Positions 1 to 10,844 of a stretch of 64,000 bases of DNA are shown here, piece after piece (the first letter of the stretch is position 1; each line of letters begins with the position of its first letter). Origin of the DNA: Burkholderiales bacterium (GTDB taxonomy: Bacteria; Pseudomonadota; Gammaproteobacteria; Burkholderiales; Burkholderiaceae_C). The stretch is from contig JBBSPW010000001.1 of the NCBI GenBank assembly GCA_038258365.1, positions 18,660 through 82,659 on the forward strand, read 5' to 3'. The translations under genes and the position numbers were made by a program. The notes beneath the pieces are model-generated. The model saw only the letters and a program-made list of their open reading frames with translations. It did no database searches and was not told the origin of the DNA.

Positions 1-175
1 GCGCCGGAAAGTGGCCGACGAAATAGGGCTCGTTGATGGTGACGTTCTTCAACGCCTTGATGCGCACCCGCTTTTCGATTTCCAGCACCCGGTCCACCAA
101 CAGGATCGGATAGCGGTGGGGCAGCATCCGCAGGATGCGCTGGATGTCCATCTCGGGCGGGTGCTTCGGGATCAT
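1..175 (-). CDS. fabZ: 3-hydroxyacyl-ACP dehydratase, 5' part (runs off the left edge)
   Basis: Manual translation [57 protein letters not shown] contains the LPHRYPxLLVD and KNVTxNEPxFxGHFP FabZ signatures; lies downstream of lpxD. Start could be 151. Confidence 0.95.
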   Translation of the reverse strand, partial: MIPKHPPEMDIQRILRMLPHRYPILLVDRVLEIEKRVRIKALKNVTINEPYFVGHFPA

Positions 176-212
176 GTGGGGTCGTTCCGTGGCAGCCGGT
201 TGGTTGATGAAG

Positions 213-1292
213 TCAAGGCGCAGGGGTTGGGGTGGCTGGGGCCTGCGCTGTGTCCTGCGCTTTTCCCACCCCTCGTTCCACCGCCCGCAAGCGGTCTCTG
301 AGGCTGTGCAACTGGCGAAGCGTGGCGGCGTTCTTCTCCCACGACGCATTGTCATCGATGGGAAACGAGCCGCTGTAGACACCCGGCTTCCTGATCGAGC
401 GCGACACCAGCGCACCGCCGCTGATGTGCACCCGGTCGGCGATGGTGATGTGGCCGACGACCATGGCGGCGCCACCGAAAGTGCAATGGCGGCCGATGCG
501 CGTGCTGCCTGCGATGCCCGTGCAGGCAGCGATGGCCGTGTGGTCGCCGATGTGCACGTTATGCGCAATCTGCACCAGGTTGTCGATCTTCACGCCGTTG
601 CCGATCACGGTGTCTTCGAGCGCGCCGCGGTCGACGCAGGTGTTGGAGCCGATCTCGCAATCGTCGCCGATGACCACCCGGCCCAGTTGCTCGATCTTTT
701 CCCAGCGCCCCTCGTCTGGTGCGAAGCCGAAGCCGTCGCCGCCCACCACCGCTCCGGGGTGCAGGATGCAGCGCTCGCCGATGCGGCAGTCGTCGAGCAG
801 ACTGGAGCGTGGCTTGAGACAGCTTCCGGCACCGACCACAGCACCCTCGCCGACGATGGCGTGTTCTTGCAGTACAGCCTGCGCACCGATCACCGCGCCC
901 CGGCCGACAAAGGCGAACGCGCCTATCGCGGCAGTGGGGTCGATTTGAGCGCTGGAGTCGACCGCGGCTTGCGGATGCACACCGGGCTTGGGAGCCGCCC
1001 GCTGCTGCAACACCCACCATTGCGAGAGTTGTGCATAGGCCAGGTAAGGATCCGCACAAACGATCGCTGCGCCGCGGGCAGCGGCACGATCACGCCATGC
1101 GGGTGCGGCGATGACGCACCCCGCCTGGCTCGCGTCCAACAGCGGCAGATAGCGCTCACTGGCGATGAAGCAGATCGTCTCTGGCCCGGCTGATTCAAGT
1201 GGCCCGATGCGGGTCACAACCGCGTCCGGGTCGCCCAGTAACTCGCCATCCAAATGCCGGCTCAGATCGGCCAGCCGCGCGCGCACGTTCAC
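213..1292 (-). CDS. lpxD: UDP-3-O-(3-hydroxymyristoyl)glucosamine N-acyltransferase
   Basis: Hexapeptide repeats; [20 protein letters not shown] motifs; skp-lpxD-fabZ synteny. Confidence 0.97.
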   Translation of the reverse strand: MNVRARLADLSRHLDGELLGDPDAVVTRIGPLESAGPETICFIASERYLPLLDASQAGCVIAAPAWRDRAAARGAAIVCADPYLAYAQLSQWWVLQQRAAPKPGVHPQAAVDSSAQIDPTAAIGAFAFVGRGAVIGAQAVLQEHAIVGEGAVVGAGSCLKPRSSLLDDCRIGERCILHPGAVVGGDGFGFAPDEGRWEKIEQLGRVVIGDDCEIGSNTCVDRGALEDTVIGNGVKIDNLVQIAHNVHIGDHTAIAACTGIAGSTRIGRHCTFGGAAMVVGHITIADRVHISGGALVSRSIRKPGVYSGSFPIDDNASWEKNAATLRQLHSLRDRLRAVERGVGKAQDTAQAPATPTPAP

Positions 1293-1309
1293 TGCGCGCC
1301 CAGCGGGAC

Positions 1310-1843
1310 CTACTTGCCGGGCCCGGCGGGCGCCGCGTTCAGCATCTTGATCACCTTGTCGGTGATGTCGACGCGCGGGCTGTAGAAGATGACCTCTTGC
1401 AGGATCAGGTCGTACTTCTCGCTGTCGAAGATCTGCTTGATGACCCGGTTGGCCCGTTCGACCACCCCGGACAGCTCTTCGTTGCGACGCTGGTTCAGAT
1501 CTTCCTGGAACTCTCGGCGTTTGCGCTGCAGGTCACGGTCTTGCTCGACCAGCTCGCGCTGGCGGCGGCTGCGCTCGGACTCGGACAGCGTCGGCGCTTC
1601 TTTTTCCAGCTTGTCGGCGGCCGACTTGAGACGGGCCGTGGCGTCGTTCATTTCGCGCTCGCGCTTGCTGAACTCGGCCTCGAGCTTGGCTTGCGCAGAC
1701 TTGGCGGGGTTGGCTTCGCGCAGCACCCGCTCGCTGTTGACATAGCCGATCTTGAGTTCTTGCGCAGCTGCCGGCGCAAGCGTCACGGCACACAGTGCGG
1801 CAGCAGCCAGCAAACGACACGGCAGGGAGGCGAATCGCTTCAT
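1310..1843 (-). CDS. skp: Periplasmic chaperone Skp/OmpH
   Basis: Signal peptide then KIGYVNSERVLRE; coiled-coil body; between bamA and lpxD. Confidence 0.95.
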   Translation of the reverse strand: MKRFASLPCRLLAAAALCAVTLAPAAAQELKIGYVNSERVLREANPAKSAQAKLEAEFSKREREMNDATARLKSAADKLEKEAPTLSESERSRRQRELVEQDRDLQRKRREFQEDLNQRRNEELSGVVERANRVIKQIFDSEKYDLILQEVIFYSPRVDITDKVIKMLNAAPAGPGK

Positions 1844-4149
1844 CAGAAGGCAGTCCCGATCTGAAATTGGAATCTCTGGATTCTATCGTTGCGCTCGAAC
1901 CGCACCGGCTTGCCGTAGCTGAGCTTCAATGGACCCACCGGCGAGATCCACGACAGGCCGAGCCCCACCGAAGCGCGCAGCGAACCGGCGTCGATCTTCT
2001 CGTCTTCACGCCAGACGTTGCCGGCGTCCGCGAAGGCGAAGATTCGCAGCGACTTGTCGTTGCCGGTGCCCGGCACCGGAAAGTACAGCTCGCTGTTGAT
2101 GTTCAAGCGTTTGGCACCGCCGATGTAGGCGCCCGTCGGATCGACCACACCCAGCGATCCTTGCTCGAATCCCCGCACCGTGCCCAGGCCGCCACCGTAG
2201 AAATTCTTGAACACCGGATAGGGCTTGCCGCCCAGCCCCTGTCCGATGCCAAGCTCGGCATTGACACCGAGCGACATCCGGTAGGGCAGTTGCCAGTACT
2301 CCTGGTGCTGCAGGTTGGTGCGCAGGTAGCGCACATCGCCGGCAAACGCATACTCGAAGTTGACCCGCTGGTAGCGGCCCGCGGTGGGCACCAGCACGCT
2401 GTCCCGAGCGTCCCGAGCCCAGCCGATGGTCAGCGGGAAGCTGTCGGTCTTGGCGCCATACAACACGCGGTAGTTCAGGTACGACAGCGGGATGCCGGCG
2501 GAGGTGCTGATCTCGGTTCGTTCGTAACCGATGCCCAGAAACACCGTGTCGTACTCGCTGAACGGGATGCCGAAACGAACGGTGGCGCCCGGCGTCTTCA
2601 AGTCGTATGAATCACCCAGGCTGTTGATGGGACGGCTGGTGCGATAGAAAACATCGATCGCGCGCGAAATGCCGTCGACCGTCCAGTACGGGTCCACCGT
2701 GCTGACCACCAGCGTGCGGTTGTAGCGGCTGGTGTTGACCTCGATGCCCAGGTAGTTGCCCGAGCCGAACACGTTCTCTTGTCGCACCGAAGCGGTGAAG
2801 GTGAATTTCTCGGCGTTCGAATAACCTGCGCCCACCAGCAGATTGCCGGTCGGTTTTTCTTCCAGCGTGACCACCAGATCGACCTGGTCGGGTGCGCCGG
2901 CGACCTCGCTGGTTTCGACCTCGACGGTCTTGAAATAGCCGAGCCGGTCGACCCGCTCTTTGGACAGTTTGATCAAGCCGCCGTCGTACCAAGCGCCCTC
3001 CAGCTGGCGGAACTCGCGCCGCACCACCTCGTCGCGGGTGCGCGTGTTGCCGGCCATGTCGATGCGCCGCACATAGACGCGGCGCTGCGGCTCGGCGGTG
3101 AACACCAGTCCCACTTGCGCCTTCTCACGGTCGATCTCGGGCCTCGCATCGACCCGCGCAAAGGCATAGCCATACAAGCCGAACAGATCCTGGAAACGTT
3201 TGCTGGTCTCGGTCACCGCATCACCGCGGTACGGTTGCCCCGGACGCAGCAGCACTCGGGTGCGGAACTCGTCGTCCTTGCCCAGGTAGTCACCTTCCAG
3301 CTTCACCGAGGTGACGGTGTAGGGCTGGCCTTCCTTGACCGAGATGGCGATCGAGATCGTTTGCTTGTCGGGGGAGATCGTGACCTGAGTCGATTCGATC
3401 GCGAATTCGAGATAGCCGCGGTTGACGTAGTAGGCGCGGATCTTCTCCAGGTCGGAATTGAGCTTGGCGCGCGAATAGCGGTCGGACTTGCTGTACCAGG
3501 TGAACCAGCCGCTGGGGGTCAGCTCGAACAGGCCGAGCAGGGTCGAGTCGGTGTAGACCGTGTTGCCGGTGATGCGGATGTCGGCGATGCGGGCGGCCTC
3601 GCCTTCGGTCATCGTGAAGGTGATGTTGACCCTGTTGCGCTCGATCGGCGTGATGGTGGTCACCACCTCGGCGCCATACAGGCTGCGGCTCAGGTACTGG
3701 CGTTTGATTTCCTGTTCGGCGCGGTCGATCAGGGCTCTGTCGAACGGCAGGCCCTCGCCGATGCCGGAATCGCGCAGCGACTTCAGCAGCGGGTCCTTGT
3801 CGAACTCTTTCAAGCCGACGAACGTGACGCTGGAAACGATCGAACGCTCGTCGACGATCAAGGTCGCCACCTCGCCTTCGATTTCGATGCGCACGTCCTT
3901 GAAGAGACCTGTCGCGAACAGCGAGCGCAGTGCCGCCGCGCCCTTGTCGTCGGTGTAGGTGTCCCCGATGCGAAACGGCAGCGCTGCAAACACAGTGCCG
4001 GGGTCGGTGCGCTGCAAACCTTCGACTCGGATGTCCTTCAGGACGAAGGGCGTGACGGCCAGGGCGGACGGCGCAACTGCTACAGCCGCAAGCGCGACCA
4101 CAACAGCCGCTACCGGGCGCAGCGGCCCGAACGGGAACACAGGGAGCAT
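1843..4149 (-). CDS. bamA: Outer membrane protein assembly factor BamA
   Basis: POTRA repeats (IRVEGLQRT, GNTRTRDEVVRRE), VRGF loop motif, C-terminal FQFQIGTAF. Confidence 0.98.
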   Translation of the reverse strand: MLPVFPFGPLRPVAAVVVALAAVAVAPSALAVTPFVLKDIRVEGLQRTDPGTVFAALPFRIGDTYTDDKGAAALRSLFATGLFKDVRIEIEGEVATLIVDERSIVSSVTFVGLKEFDKDPLLKSLRDSGIGEGLPFDRALIDRAEQEIKRQYLSRSLYGAEVVTTITPIERNRVNITFTMTEGEAARIADIRITGNTVYTDSTLLGLFELTPSGWFTWYSKSDRYSRAKLNSDLEKIRAYYVNRGYLEFAIESTQVTISPDKQTISIAISVKEGQPYTVTSVKLEGDYLGKDDEFRTRVLLRPGQPYRGDAVTETSKRFQDLFGLYGYAFARVDARPEIDREKAQVGLVFTAEPQRRVYVRRIDMAGNTRTRDEVVRREFRQLEGAWYDGGLIKLSKERVDRLGYFKTVEVETSEVAGAPDQVDLVVTLEEKPTGNLLVGAGYSNAEKFTFTASVRQENVFGSGNYLGIEVNTSRYNRTLVVSTVDPYWTVDGISRAIDVFYRTSRPINSLGDSYDLKTPGATVRFGIPFSEYDTVFLGIGYERTEISTSAGIPLSYLNYRVLYGAKTDSFPLTIGWARDARDSVLVPTAGRYQRVNFEYAFAGDVRYLRTNLQHQEYWQLPYRMSLGVNAELGIGQGLGGKPYPVFKNFYGGGLGTVRGFEQGSLGVVDPTGAYIGGAKRLNINSELYFPVPGTGNDKSLRIFAFADAGNVWREDEKIDAGSLRASVGLGLSWISPVGPLKLSYGKPVRFERNDRIQRFQFQIGTAF

Positions 4150-4154
4150 GGGAT

Positions 4155-5549
4155 TCAGTGCACGCCCATCAGGCGCGCAACGTCGTTGAAAAGGGCGACC
4201 GACATCATCATCAGCAGGACGACGATACCGCTGCGTTGCAGCCGGGCCAGCCAGAGATCGGAAACCGGCCGGCCGGTGACGCCCTCGAAAATGTAATACA
4301 TGAGGTGGCCACCATCGAGCATCGGCAGCGGCAGCAGGTTCAGCACGCCGAGGCTCACACTGACCAAGGCCAGGAAGCCGAGGTAGTAGGCCAGACCCTG
4401 GTTGACCGACTGGCCCGCATAGTCGGCGATCGTCAACGGGCCGCTCAGATTCTTGATCGATGCCTCGCCGATCAGCATCCGGCCGAGCATGCGCAGGGTC
4501 AGCACCGAGACATCCCAGGTGCGTTCTGCGCCTTGCACCAGTCCGTCGATCGGTCCTTGCGTCACGGTCACCATCTCGGGTGCCGAGCCGATGAACGCGT
4601 CGACACGACCGATCAATTTCTCGCCGTCGCGCAACACACGGGGTTGAACCTCCACGTCGATCACGGTGCCCTGACGCTCGATCGTCCAGCGCTGGGCCGC
4701 GATGCCGGTGGCGGTGGCGGTGGCGGGTGCAGCAGCAGCGGCCGACTCGCGGATACGTTCACGCAACGTCTGCGCATCGGCCACCGGTTGGCCATCGACG
4801 CTCAGCACCTTGTCACCCTTGCGCAAACCGGCTGCCGCGGCCGGACCACCCGCCTTGACCTCCCCCAGCTCCGCTTCGCTGAAAGCCGGCCCGAGACCGA
4901 TTTGGCGCAGCATGCGGGCGTCCACATCGCGTGACTCGATCGCACCCAGGTCGAGTCGCAGGGTGCGGTTGCCACGGCCGTCGCGGTCGCTGACCTGCAA
5001 TTGCACCGGCCGCGCGTCGATGGCCGCCTGCGTCAGACGCCAGCGCAGATCGGTGAGCGAGTTGATCTCGCGCCAGTCCTCGCCATCAGAGGAGATGGAC
5101 CGCACCCAATCGCCGGCGCGAAGGCCGGCCTGATCGGCCAGGCTCGCCGCCACCGGGGTGCCCACCACCGCCCTGGGTTCTTCCACGCCGATCCAGTGCG
5201 CGGCCGCATACAGCAGCACCGCCAGCAACAGGTTGGCAATCGGGCCAGCCGCCACGATCGCGGTGCGCTGCAAGAGCGGCTTTCTGTTGAACGCCTGGTC
5301 CAGCTCTGAAGCATCGACCGGCGCTTCGCGCTCGTCGAGCATTCGCACATAACCGCCCAGCGGCAGCGCGCAGAGCACGAATTCGGTGGAATCGGGCGCT
5401 GCCTGGCGCCGCCACAACACCTTGCCGAAGCCGACCGAAAAGCGCAGCACCTTGACACCACAGGCCACCGCCACGCGGTAGTGACCGTATTCATGAATCA
5501 CCACCAGCACGCCGAGCGTGAACAGGAAGGCCAGGATGGTGATGATCAC
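4155..5549 (-). CDS. rseP: RIP metalloprotease RseP
   Basis: GTG start overlapping the dxr stop (GTGA); HEYGH zinc motif, NLLPLPMLDGGH motif, PDZ domains. Confidence 0.96.
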   Translation of the reverse strand: MIITILAFLFTLGVLVVIHEYGHYRVAVACGVKVLRFSVGFGKVLWRRQAAPDSTEFVLCALPLGGYVRMLDEREAPVDASELDQAFNRKPLLQRTAIVAAGPIANLLLAVLLYAAAHWIGVEEPRAVVGTPVAASLADQAGLRAGDWVRSISSDGEDWREINSLTDLRWRLTQAAIDARPVQLQVSDRDGRGNRTLRLDLGAIESRDVDARMLRQIGLGPAFSEAELGEVKAGGPAAAAGLRKGDKVLSVDGQPVADAQTLRERIRESAAAAAPATATATGIAAQRWTIERQGTVIDVEVQPRVLRDGEKLIGRVDAFIGSAPEMVTVTQGPIDGLVQGAERTWDVSVLTLRMLGRMLIGEASIKNLSGPLTIADYAGQSVNQGLAYYLGFLALVSVSLGVLNLLPLPMLDGGHLMYYIFEGVTGRPVSDLWLARLQRSGIVVLLMMMSVALFNDVARLMGVH

Positions 5550-6754
5550 TTGCGGTGTTCCTTCATGAGCTTCTTCATCACCTCGCACGCGGTCGCGCGA
5601 GCGCGGCTGTCGAGGTCGATCAGATCGGCCAGCCGGTGGTCGGCCGACAACTGTGGCTGCAGGCGGTCGAGCGTGCCCGCGTTGACGGTGTGAATCGCCG
5701 TGAAGCCGATGGTTCCGGCCAGGAAAGCGGCCACCGCTTCCTCGTTGGCCGCGTTCAGGATCGCCGTGGTGCCCAGCGGCGCCCTCAAGGCGTCGTAAGC
5801 CAGCTGCAAACCCGGAAAGCGGCGGCCATCGACAGGCTCGAAGCTCAGCGCTTTCAACGACTGAAAGTCGAGCCGCGGCGCGCCGGACTCGATGCGCCGC
5901 GGAAACGACAAGCCGTAGGCGATCGGCACTTTCATGTCGGGACTGCCCAATTGCGCCAGCACCGAGCCGTCCCGACACACCACCATCGAATGGATGATGC
6001 TCTGCGGATGGATCACAACCTGGATGCGCTCGGGCGGCAGGTCGAACAACCACCGCGCCTCGATCACCTCCAGCGCCTTGTTCATCATGGTCGCCGAATC
6101 GACCGAAATCTTGCGGCCCATGACCCAGTTCGGATGCGCCACCGCCTGCTCGGGTGTGATGCCTTGCAACGAGTCCGGGTCGTGGCTGCGGAAAGGCCCG
6201 CCGCTGGCGGTCAGCACGATGTGGTCGATGTGCTCGGCCCAGCGGCATCGGTCTTCGGGCAGGCACTGAAAGATCGCCGAATGCTCGCTGTCGATGGGCA
6301 ACAGGGTGGCACCGCCGCGCAGCACCGCTTGCATGAACAAGCTGCCGCCCACCACCAGCGCTTCCTTGTTGGCCAGCAGCAGCCGCTTGCCGGCTTCGGC
6401 CGCAGCCAAGCAAGGGGGCAGGCCCGCGGCGCCGACGATCGCCGCCATCACGCTGTCGACATCGGCTGCCGCAGCCAGATCGCACAAGGCTTCGGCGCCC
6501 ACCTGCACATCCGTGTCGATGCCGGCTGTGGCCAGCAAGCCGCGCAGGCGCTTCGCTGCCGCTTCATCGGGCACCACCGCCACCCGCGGCTTGAAGCGCC
6601 GGCACTGTTCAAGCAAGGTGTCGACGCGGCGGAAGGCACTCAGGCCAACCACCTGGAACCGCTCCGGGTGGCGCGCCACCACCTCGAGCGTGCTGCAACC
6701 CACCGAACCGGTGGACCCCAGAACCGCCAGTCGCTGCACGGTGATGTCGTTCAT
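5546..6754 (-). CDS. dxr: 1-deoxy-D-xylulose-5-phosphate reductoisomerase
   Basis: LGSTGSVG, LANKEALV, PIDSEHSAIFQ, HPNWVMGRKISVDSATMMNK; start taken at MNDITVQ. Confidence 0.97.
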   Translation of the reverse strand: MNDITVQRLAVLGSTGSVGCSTLEVVARHPERFQVVGLSAFRRVDTLLEQCRRFKPRVAVVPDEAAAKRLRGLLATAGIDTDVQVGAEALCDLAAAADVDSVMAAIVGAAGLPPCLAAAEAGKRLLLANKEALVVGGSLFMQAVLRGGATLLPIDSEHSAIFQCLPEDRCRWAEHIDHIVLTASGGPFRSHDPDSLQGITPEQAVAHPNWVMGRKISVDSATMMNKALEVIEARWLFDLPPERIQVVIHPQSIIHSMVVCRDGSVLAQLGSPDMKVPIAYGLSFPRRIESGAPRLDFQSLKALSFEPVDGRRFPGLQLAYDALRAPLGTTAILNAANEEAVAAFLAGTIGFTAIHTVNAGTLDRLQPQLSADHRLADLIDLDSRARATACEVMKKLMKEHRK

Positions 6755-7605
6755 CCGAGGCCCATCGCCAGCACCGCCAGCGCTGCCGGCAACACCGGCA
6801 ACAAGGCATCCACGCGGTCCAGCACGCCACCATGGCCGGGCAGAAGCTGGCTGCTGTCCTTGGCGCCGGCTGCGCGCTTGACCAAGGATTCCACCAAGTC
6901 GCCCACCACACCCAGACCGGCCAAGGCCAGCAGTGCAACCACCAGTCCCAAGAGTCCCAACTCCGCCAGCAAACGCGAGTACAGGCTGGGCCCGTCGAAG
7001 CCGAAGGTGCGGTCCAGTGCGATCCATACAGCGGCCAGCAGCAGCACCCCGACCATGCCCGACCACACCCCTTCCCAACTCTTGCCAGGGCTGATGGCGG
7101 GTGCCAGCTTGCGTCGCCCGAAACGCCGGCCGCCAAAGTACGCCGCCACATCGGCCATCCACACCAGGCACAGCGTCGACAGCATGAAGTTGTTGCCGAT
7201 CTGCTGCGCCTGCACCAGCGCCAGCCAGGCAGCCCACAGCACCACGAGCCCGATTCCGGTGCGCGGCAAGCGCGGCAGCCGCGGCCACAGCGCAGGCCCG
7301 GCGCGCAGGGCCACCACGCCGATGACGATCCACAGCAGCGACATCGCCCACCACAGCCAGCTGGGCGCCGGCTGACCCCCGCGGCCCCAATTGCCGACCC
7401 AGGTGATGAGCCCGAGCATCGCCACCGCCGCGCCCATCGCCAGCGCGGGTTTGCCGCATGCACCGTTCAACCGCGCCCATTCCCACCCGGCCGCAGCCAT
7501 CAACGCCAGCGTCAGCATCGCAAACGGCCACGCACTGGAAGCCATCAACGACCCCAGCAACACCGCCACGAGCACCAGGGCAGTGATGATCCGCTGCCGC
7601 AACAC
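6751..7605 (-). CDS. cdsA: Phosphatidate cytidylyltransferase
   Basis: Hydrophobic; ISPGKSWEG, GDLVESLVKR, KDSSQLLPGHGGVLDRVD. Confidence 0.96.
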   Translation of the reverse strand: MLRQRIITALVLVAVLLGSLMASSAWPFAMLTLALMAAAGWEWARLNGACGKPALAMGAAVAMLGLITWVGNWGRGGQPAPSWLWWAMSLLWIVIGVVALRAGPALWPRLPRLPRTGIGLVVLWAAWLALVQAQQIGNNFMLSTLCLVWMADVAAYFGGRRFGRRKLAPAISPGKSWEGVWSGMVGVLLLAAVWIALDRTFGFDGPSLYSRLLAELGLLGLVVALLALAGLGVVGDLVESLVKRAAGAKDSSQLLPGHGGVLDRVDALLPVLPAALAVLAMGLG

Positions 7606-7608
7606 GGG

Positions 7609-8379
7609 CTAATCGCCCTCTGGTTGCACAGAGGTCGGCCGGATAGCACCGAAACGGCGATCGCGCTGGGCAAAAGCCAGCAGCGCTGCGTCGATCTCGG
7701 CCTTGCCGAAATCGGGCCAGAGGCATTCGGTGAAGAACAGCTCCGAATACGCAGCCTGCCAGAGCAGGACGTTGCTGATGCGCATCTCGCCGCCGGTGCG
7801 AATGAAGAGGTCAGGGTCGGGTGCGAACGACAGCGCCATGTGGCGCGACAACCAGGCCTCGTCGACGACATCGGGCGCCACGCCTTCGGCCAAAGCCGTG
7901 CGACAGGCCTGCACCACGTCCCAACGGCCGCCGTAATTGAACGCCACTGCCAGGGTGATGCGACTGTTGTGGGCGGTGATGCGTTCGGCATGATCCCAGG
8001 CCTTGCGCAATTGATCGGAAACCGCCGAGCGGTCGCCGACGATGCGGATCCGAACCCCGTCTCCGGCCAACTTGCTCAAATACTTCGACACCGCCACCAG
8101 CACCAGACTCATGAGCCCGGATACTTCTTCAGTGGGGCGCTTCCAGTTCTCTGAAGAAAACGCGAACACCGTCAGAAACTCCACCCCACGGTCGGCGAAC
8201 AGGTTCACCGCTCGGACCAGCGCATCGACCCCTTGCTTGTGGCCGAAGAAGCGCGGCATGAAACGCTGACGCGCCCAGCGCCCGTTGCCGTCCATCACCA
8301 ATGCGACATGGCGCGGCACGCCGGTCGCCGCCTTGGACGACGGCTGGGCGGAGCTGTTCGCCACTGACAAATCAGACAT
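7609..8379 (-). CDS. uppS: Undecaprenyl diphosphate synthase
   Basis: PRHVALVMDGNGRWA, FSSENWKRP, RTGGEMRISN; start taken at MSDLSV. Confidence 0.96.
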   Translation of the reverse strand: MSDLSVANSSAQPSSKAATGVPRHVALVMDGNGRWARQRFMPRFFGHKQGVDALVRAVNLFADRGVEFLTVFAFSSENWKRPTEEVSGLMSLVLVAVSKYLSKLAGDGVRIRIVGDRSAVSDQLRKAWDHAERITAHNSRITLAVAFNYGGRWDVVQACRTALAEGVAPDVVDEAWLSRHMALSFAPDPDLFIRTGGEMRISNVLLWQAAYSELFFTECLWPDFGKAEIDAALLAFAQRDRRFGAIRPTSVQPEGD

Positions 8380-8447
8380 TGGGAGGCATGGGGGTCTGAA
8401 CCGACGGTGGTGATCGACAGCAGGAGTCGAGGGGCTGCAGCGGCTGC

Positions 8448-9020
8448 TCAGACCGCCAGAACTTCGGCTTCCTTGCCCTGCACCAGGCGGTCGATCTCGC
8501 CGATGGCGCGGTCGGTCAGGCGTTGCACCTCGTCTTGCGCGCGGCGCTCGTCGTCTTCCGACAAGGCCTTGTCCTTCAACAGCCGCTTCAAATGGTCGTT
8601 GGCTTCGCGCCGCACCGAACGCGTCGCGATCTTGGCGTCTTCGCCCGCGTTGCGAACGATCTTCGTCAAGTCCTTGCGCCGCTCTTCGGTCAACGCGGGC
8701 ATCGGCACCCGCAGCAGGTCGCCCTGCGAAGCCGGGTTCAACCCCAGATCGGACTCGCGGATGGCCTTCTCGATCTTGGCACCCATGCCCTTTTCCCAGG
8801 GCTGCACACTGATCGTGCGCGCATCCAGCAGCGTCACGTTGGCGACTTGGCTGATGGGCACCATCGAACCGTAATAGTCGACCTGCACCTGGTCGAGGAT
8901 GCCGGGGTGCGCACGGCCGGTGCGAATCTTCTGCAGATCGGCCTTGAACGACTCGATGGACTTGCCCATCTTCTGCTCGGCCAGGGCGATGATCTCGGTG
9001 GGGGTCTGTTCGGTGGTCAT
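8448..9020 (-). CDS. frr: Ribosome recycling factor
   Basis: [30 protein letters not shown]. Confidence 0.97.
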   Translation of the reverse strand: MTTEQTPTEIIALAEQKMGKSIESFKADLQKIRTGRAHPGILDQVQVDYYGSMVPISQVANVTLLDARTISVQPWEKGMGAKIEKAIRESDLGLNPASQGDLLRVPMPALTEERRKDLTKIVRNAGEDAKIATRSVRREANDHLKRLLKDKALSEDDERRAQDEVQRLTDRAIGEIDRLVQGKEAEVLAV

Positions 9021-9032
9021 CTTGAAAGCTTT

Positions 9033-9743
9033 TTAAACGTGGACCAAGGTGCCTTCGTCCTCGCCCATCACCACGCGTTTGAGCGCGCCGGGCCTGAAGA
9101 TGCTGAACACCTTGATCGGCAGCTTCTGGTCGCGGCACAGCGCAAAGGCGGTCGCGTCCATCACCTGCAGGTTGCGTGAGATGGCTTCGTCGAAGCTGAT
9201 ACGGGTGTAGCGCGTGGCGGATGCATCCTTCTTCGGGTCGGCGCTGTACACCCCGTCGACCTTGGTGGCCTTCAGCACCAACTCGGCGCCGATCTCGGCA
9301 CCGCGCAGCGCGGCTGCCGTGTCGGTGGTGAAGAACGGGTTGCCGGTGCCGGCCGCGAAGACCACCACCTTGCCCTCTTCCAGATACTGCAACGCCTTCG
9401 GCCGCACATAAGGCTCGACGACCTGTTCGATGCTGATGGCCGACATCACCCGTGCGGTCATGCCTTCCTGACGCATCGTGTCTGCGAGCGCCAGCGCGTT
9501 CATCACCGTCGCCAGCATGCCCATGTAATCGGCTGTCGCACGGTCCATGCCGACAGCACCGCCGGCCACGCCGCGAAAGATGTTGCCGCCGCCGATCACG
9601 ACCGCGACTTCACAGCCCAGATGGGTGATCTCTTGCACCTCTCGCACCATCCTCACGATCGTGGCGCGGTTGATGCCGTACGCGTCCTCGCCCATCAGGG
9701 CCTCACCCGACAGCTTCAGCAGGATGCGCTTGTACGCGGGCAT
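9033..9743 (-). CDS. pyrH: UMP kinase
   Basis: [31 protein letters not shown]. Confidence 0.98.
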   Translation of the reverse strand: MPAYKRILLKLSGEALMGEDAYGINRATIVRMVREVQEITHLGCEVAVVIGGGNIFRGVAGGAVGMDRATADYMGMLATVMNALALADTMRQEGMTARVMSAISIEQVVEPYVRPKALQYLEEGKVVVFAAGTGNPFFTTDTAAALRGAEIGAELVLKATKVDGVYSADPKKDASATRYTRISFDEAISRNLQVMDATAFALCRDQKLPIKVFSIFRPGALKRVVMGEDEGTLVHV

Positions 9744-9847
9744 CGTTTCGACTCCGATTGAAAGGGCGCAGTGTAAGGGTCGACCCGGGCAGCCCCGCGC
9801 TGCCAGCCGGCCAGGAAAGCCGGTTTCAGGTCCTGCTTCAGCGGCCG

Positions 9848-10768
9848 TCAGCCCCCTTTGGCAGCGGCCACTTGCGCTGCCACTTCGGCTGCGAAGTCGT
9901 CGGTCTTCTTCTCGATGCCTTCGCCCACCACATAGAGCGTGAAGCCCTTGATCTGGGTGGCCTTCTCTTTCAGCATCTGCTCCACCGTTTGCTTGTCGTT
10001 CTTGACGAAGCTCTGGTTCAACAGCGAGACTTCTTTCAGGTATTTCTGGACCGAGCCGTCGACGCGCTTGGCCACGATTTCCGCCGGCTGCGCCTTCTTG
10101 CCTTCGGCCACCGCTTTGGCACTGTCCTCGGCCGCCTTCTCGGCAGCCACGCGGCGCTCTTTCTCGATCAGCTCGGCCGGTACATCGGCCGCTGCGAGGG
10201 ACACCGGCTTCATCGCCGCCACATGCATTGCAATGTCCTTGGCCGCAACCTCGTCGCCGGTGTATTCGACCAGGACGCCGATGCGCGTGCCATGCAAGTA
10301 GCTCGCCAGCATGCCGCCATCGGCATAGCGCTTGAAGCGGCGCACCGAAAGGTTCTCGCCTATCTTGCCGATCAGCCCCTTGCGCACATCTTCGACCGTG
10401 GGGCCGAAGCCATCCTGCGACAACTCGAGCGCCGACAGCGCGGCCACATCGGCCGGGCGCTTGGACACCACCAAGCCGGCCAGCGCGTTGCAGAAAGCCA
10501 GAAACGATTCGTTCTTCGAGACGAAGTCGGTTTCGCAGTTGACCTCTATCAGCGCGCCGGTGTGGCCACTGACCGAAGCCGCCACCACGCCTTCGGCAGT
10601 GATGCGCGACGCGGCTTTACTGGCCTTGCTGCCGAGCTTGACCCGCAGGATCTCCTCGGCACGCACCGCATCGCCCTCGGCTTCGGTCAGCGCCTTCTTG
10701 CATTCCATCATCGGCGCGTCGGTTTTCGCGCGCAGCTCGGCCACCATGCTTGCAGTGATTGCGGGCAT
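9848..10768 (-). CDS. tsf: Elongation factor Ts
   Basis: [28 protein letters not shown]; start taken at MPAITAS. Confidence 0.97.
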   Translation of the reverse strand: MPAITASMVAELRAKTDAPMMECKKALTEAEGDAVRAEEILRVKLGSKASKAASRITAEGVVAASVSGHTGALIEVNCETDFVSKNESFLAFCNALAGLVVSKRPADVAALSALELSQDGFGPTVEDVRKGLIGKIGENLSVRRFKRYADGGMLASYLHGTRIGVLVEYTGDEVAAKDIAMHVAAMKPVSLAAADVPAELIEKERRVAAEKAAEDSAKAVAEGKKAQPAEIVAKRVDGSVQKYLKEVSLLNQSFVKNDKQTVEQMLKEKATQIKGFTLYVVGEGIEKKTDDFAAEVAAQVAAAKGG

Positions 10769-10793
10769 CGTTCTCTCCAGTGATTGGGTTGTG

Positions 10794-10822
10794 CGCTGCC
10801 CGGCAGCAGGTGCCGGGCAGCG
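10794..10822. other. Perfect 12-bp GC stem-loop between rpsB and tsf
   Basis: CGCTGCCCGGCA-GCAGG-TGCCGGGCAGCG; no U-tract on the coding strand. Confidence 0.7.
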
Positions 10823-10844
10823 ATGGCAGCGGGTCGGACGCCGC

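Noticed and set aside
4155-9138. Apparent huge N-terminal extensions on rseP (776 aa), dxr (726 aa) and uppS (509 aa) in the ORF track
   Set aside because: The extensions run in alternate frames of the upstream genes. Coupled starts (GTGA/ATGA overlaps) at the family-typical N-termini explain the real genes.
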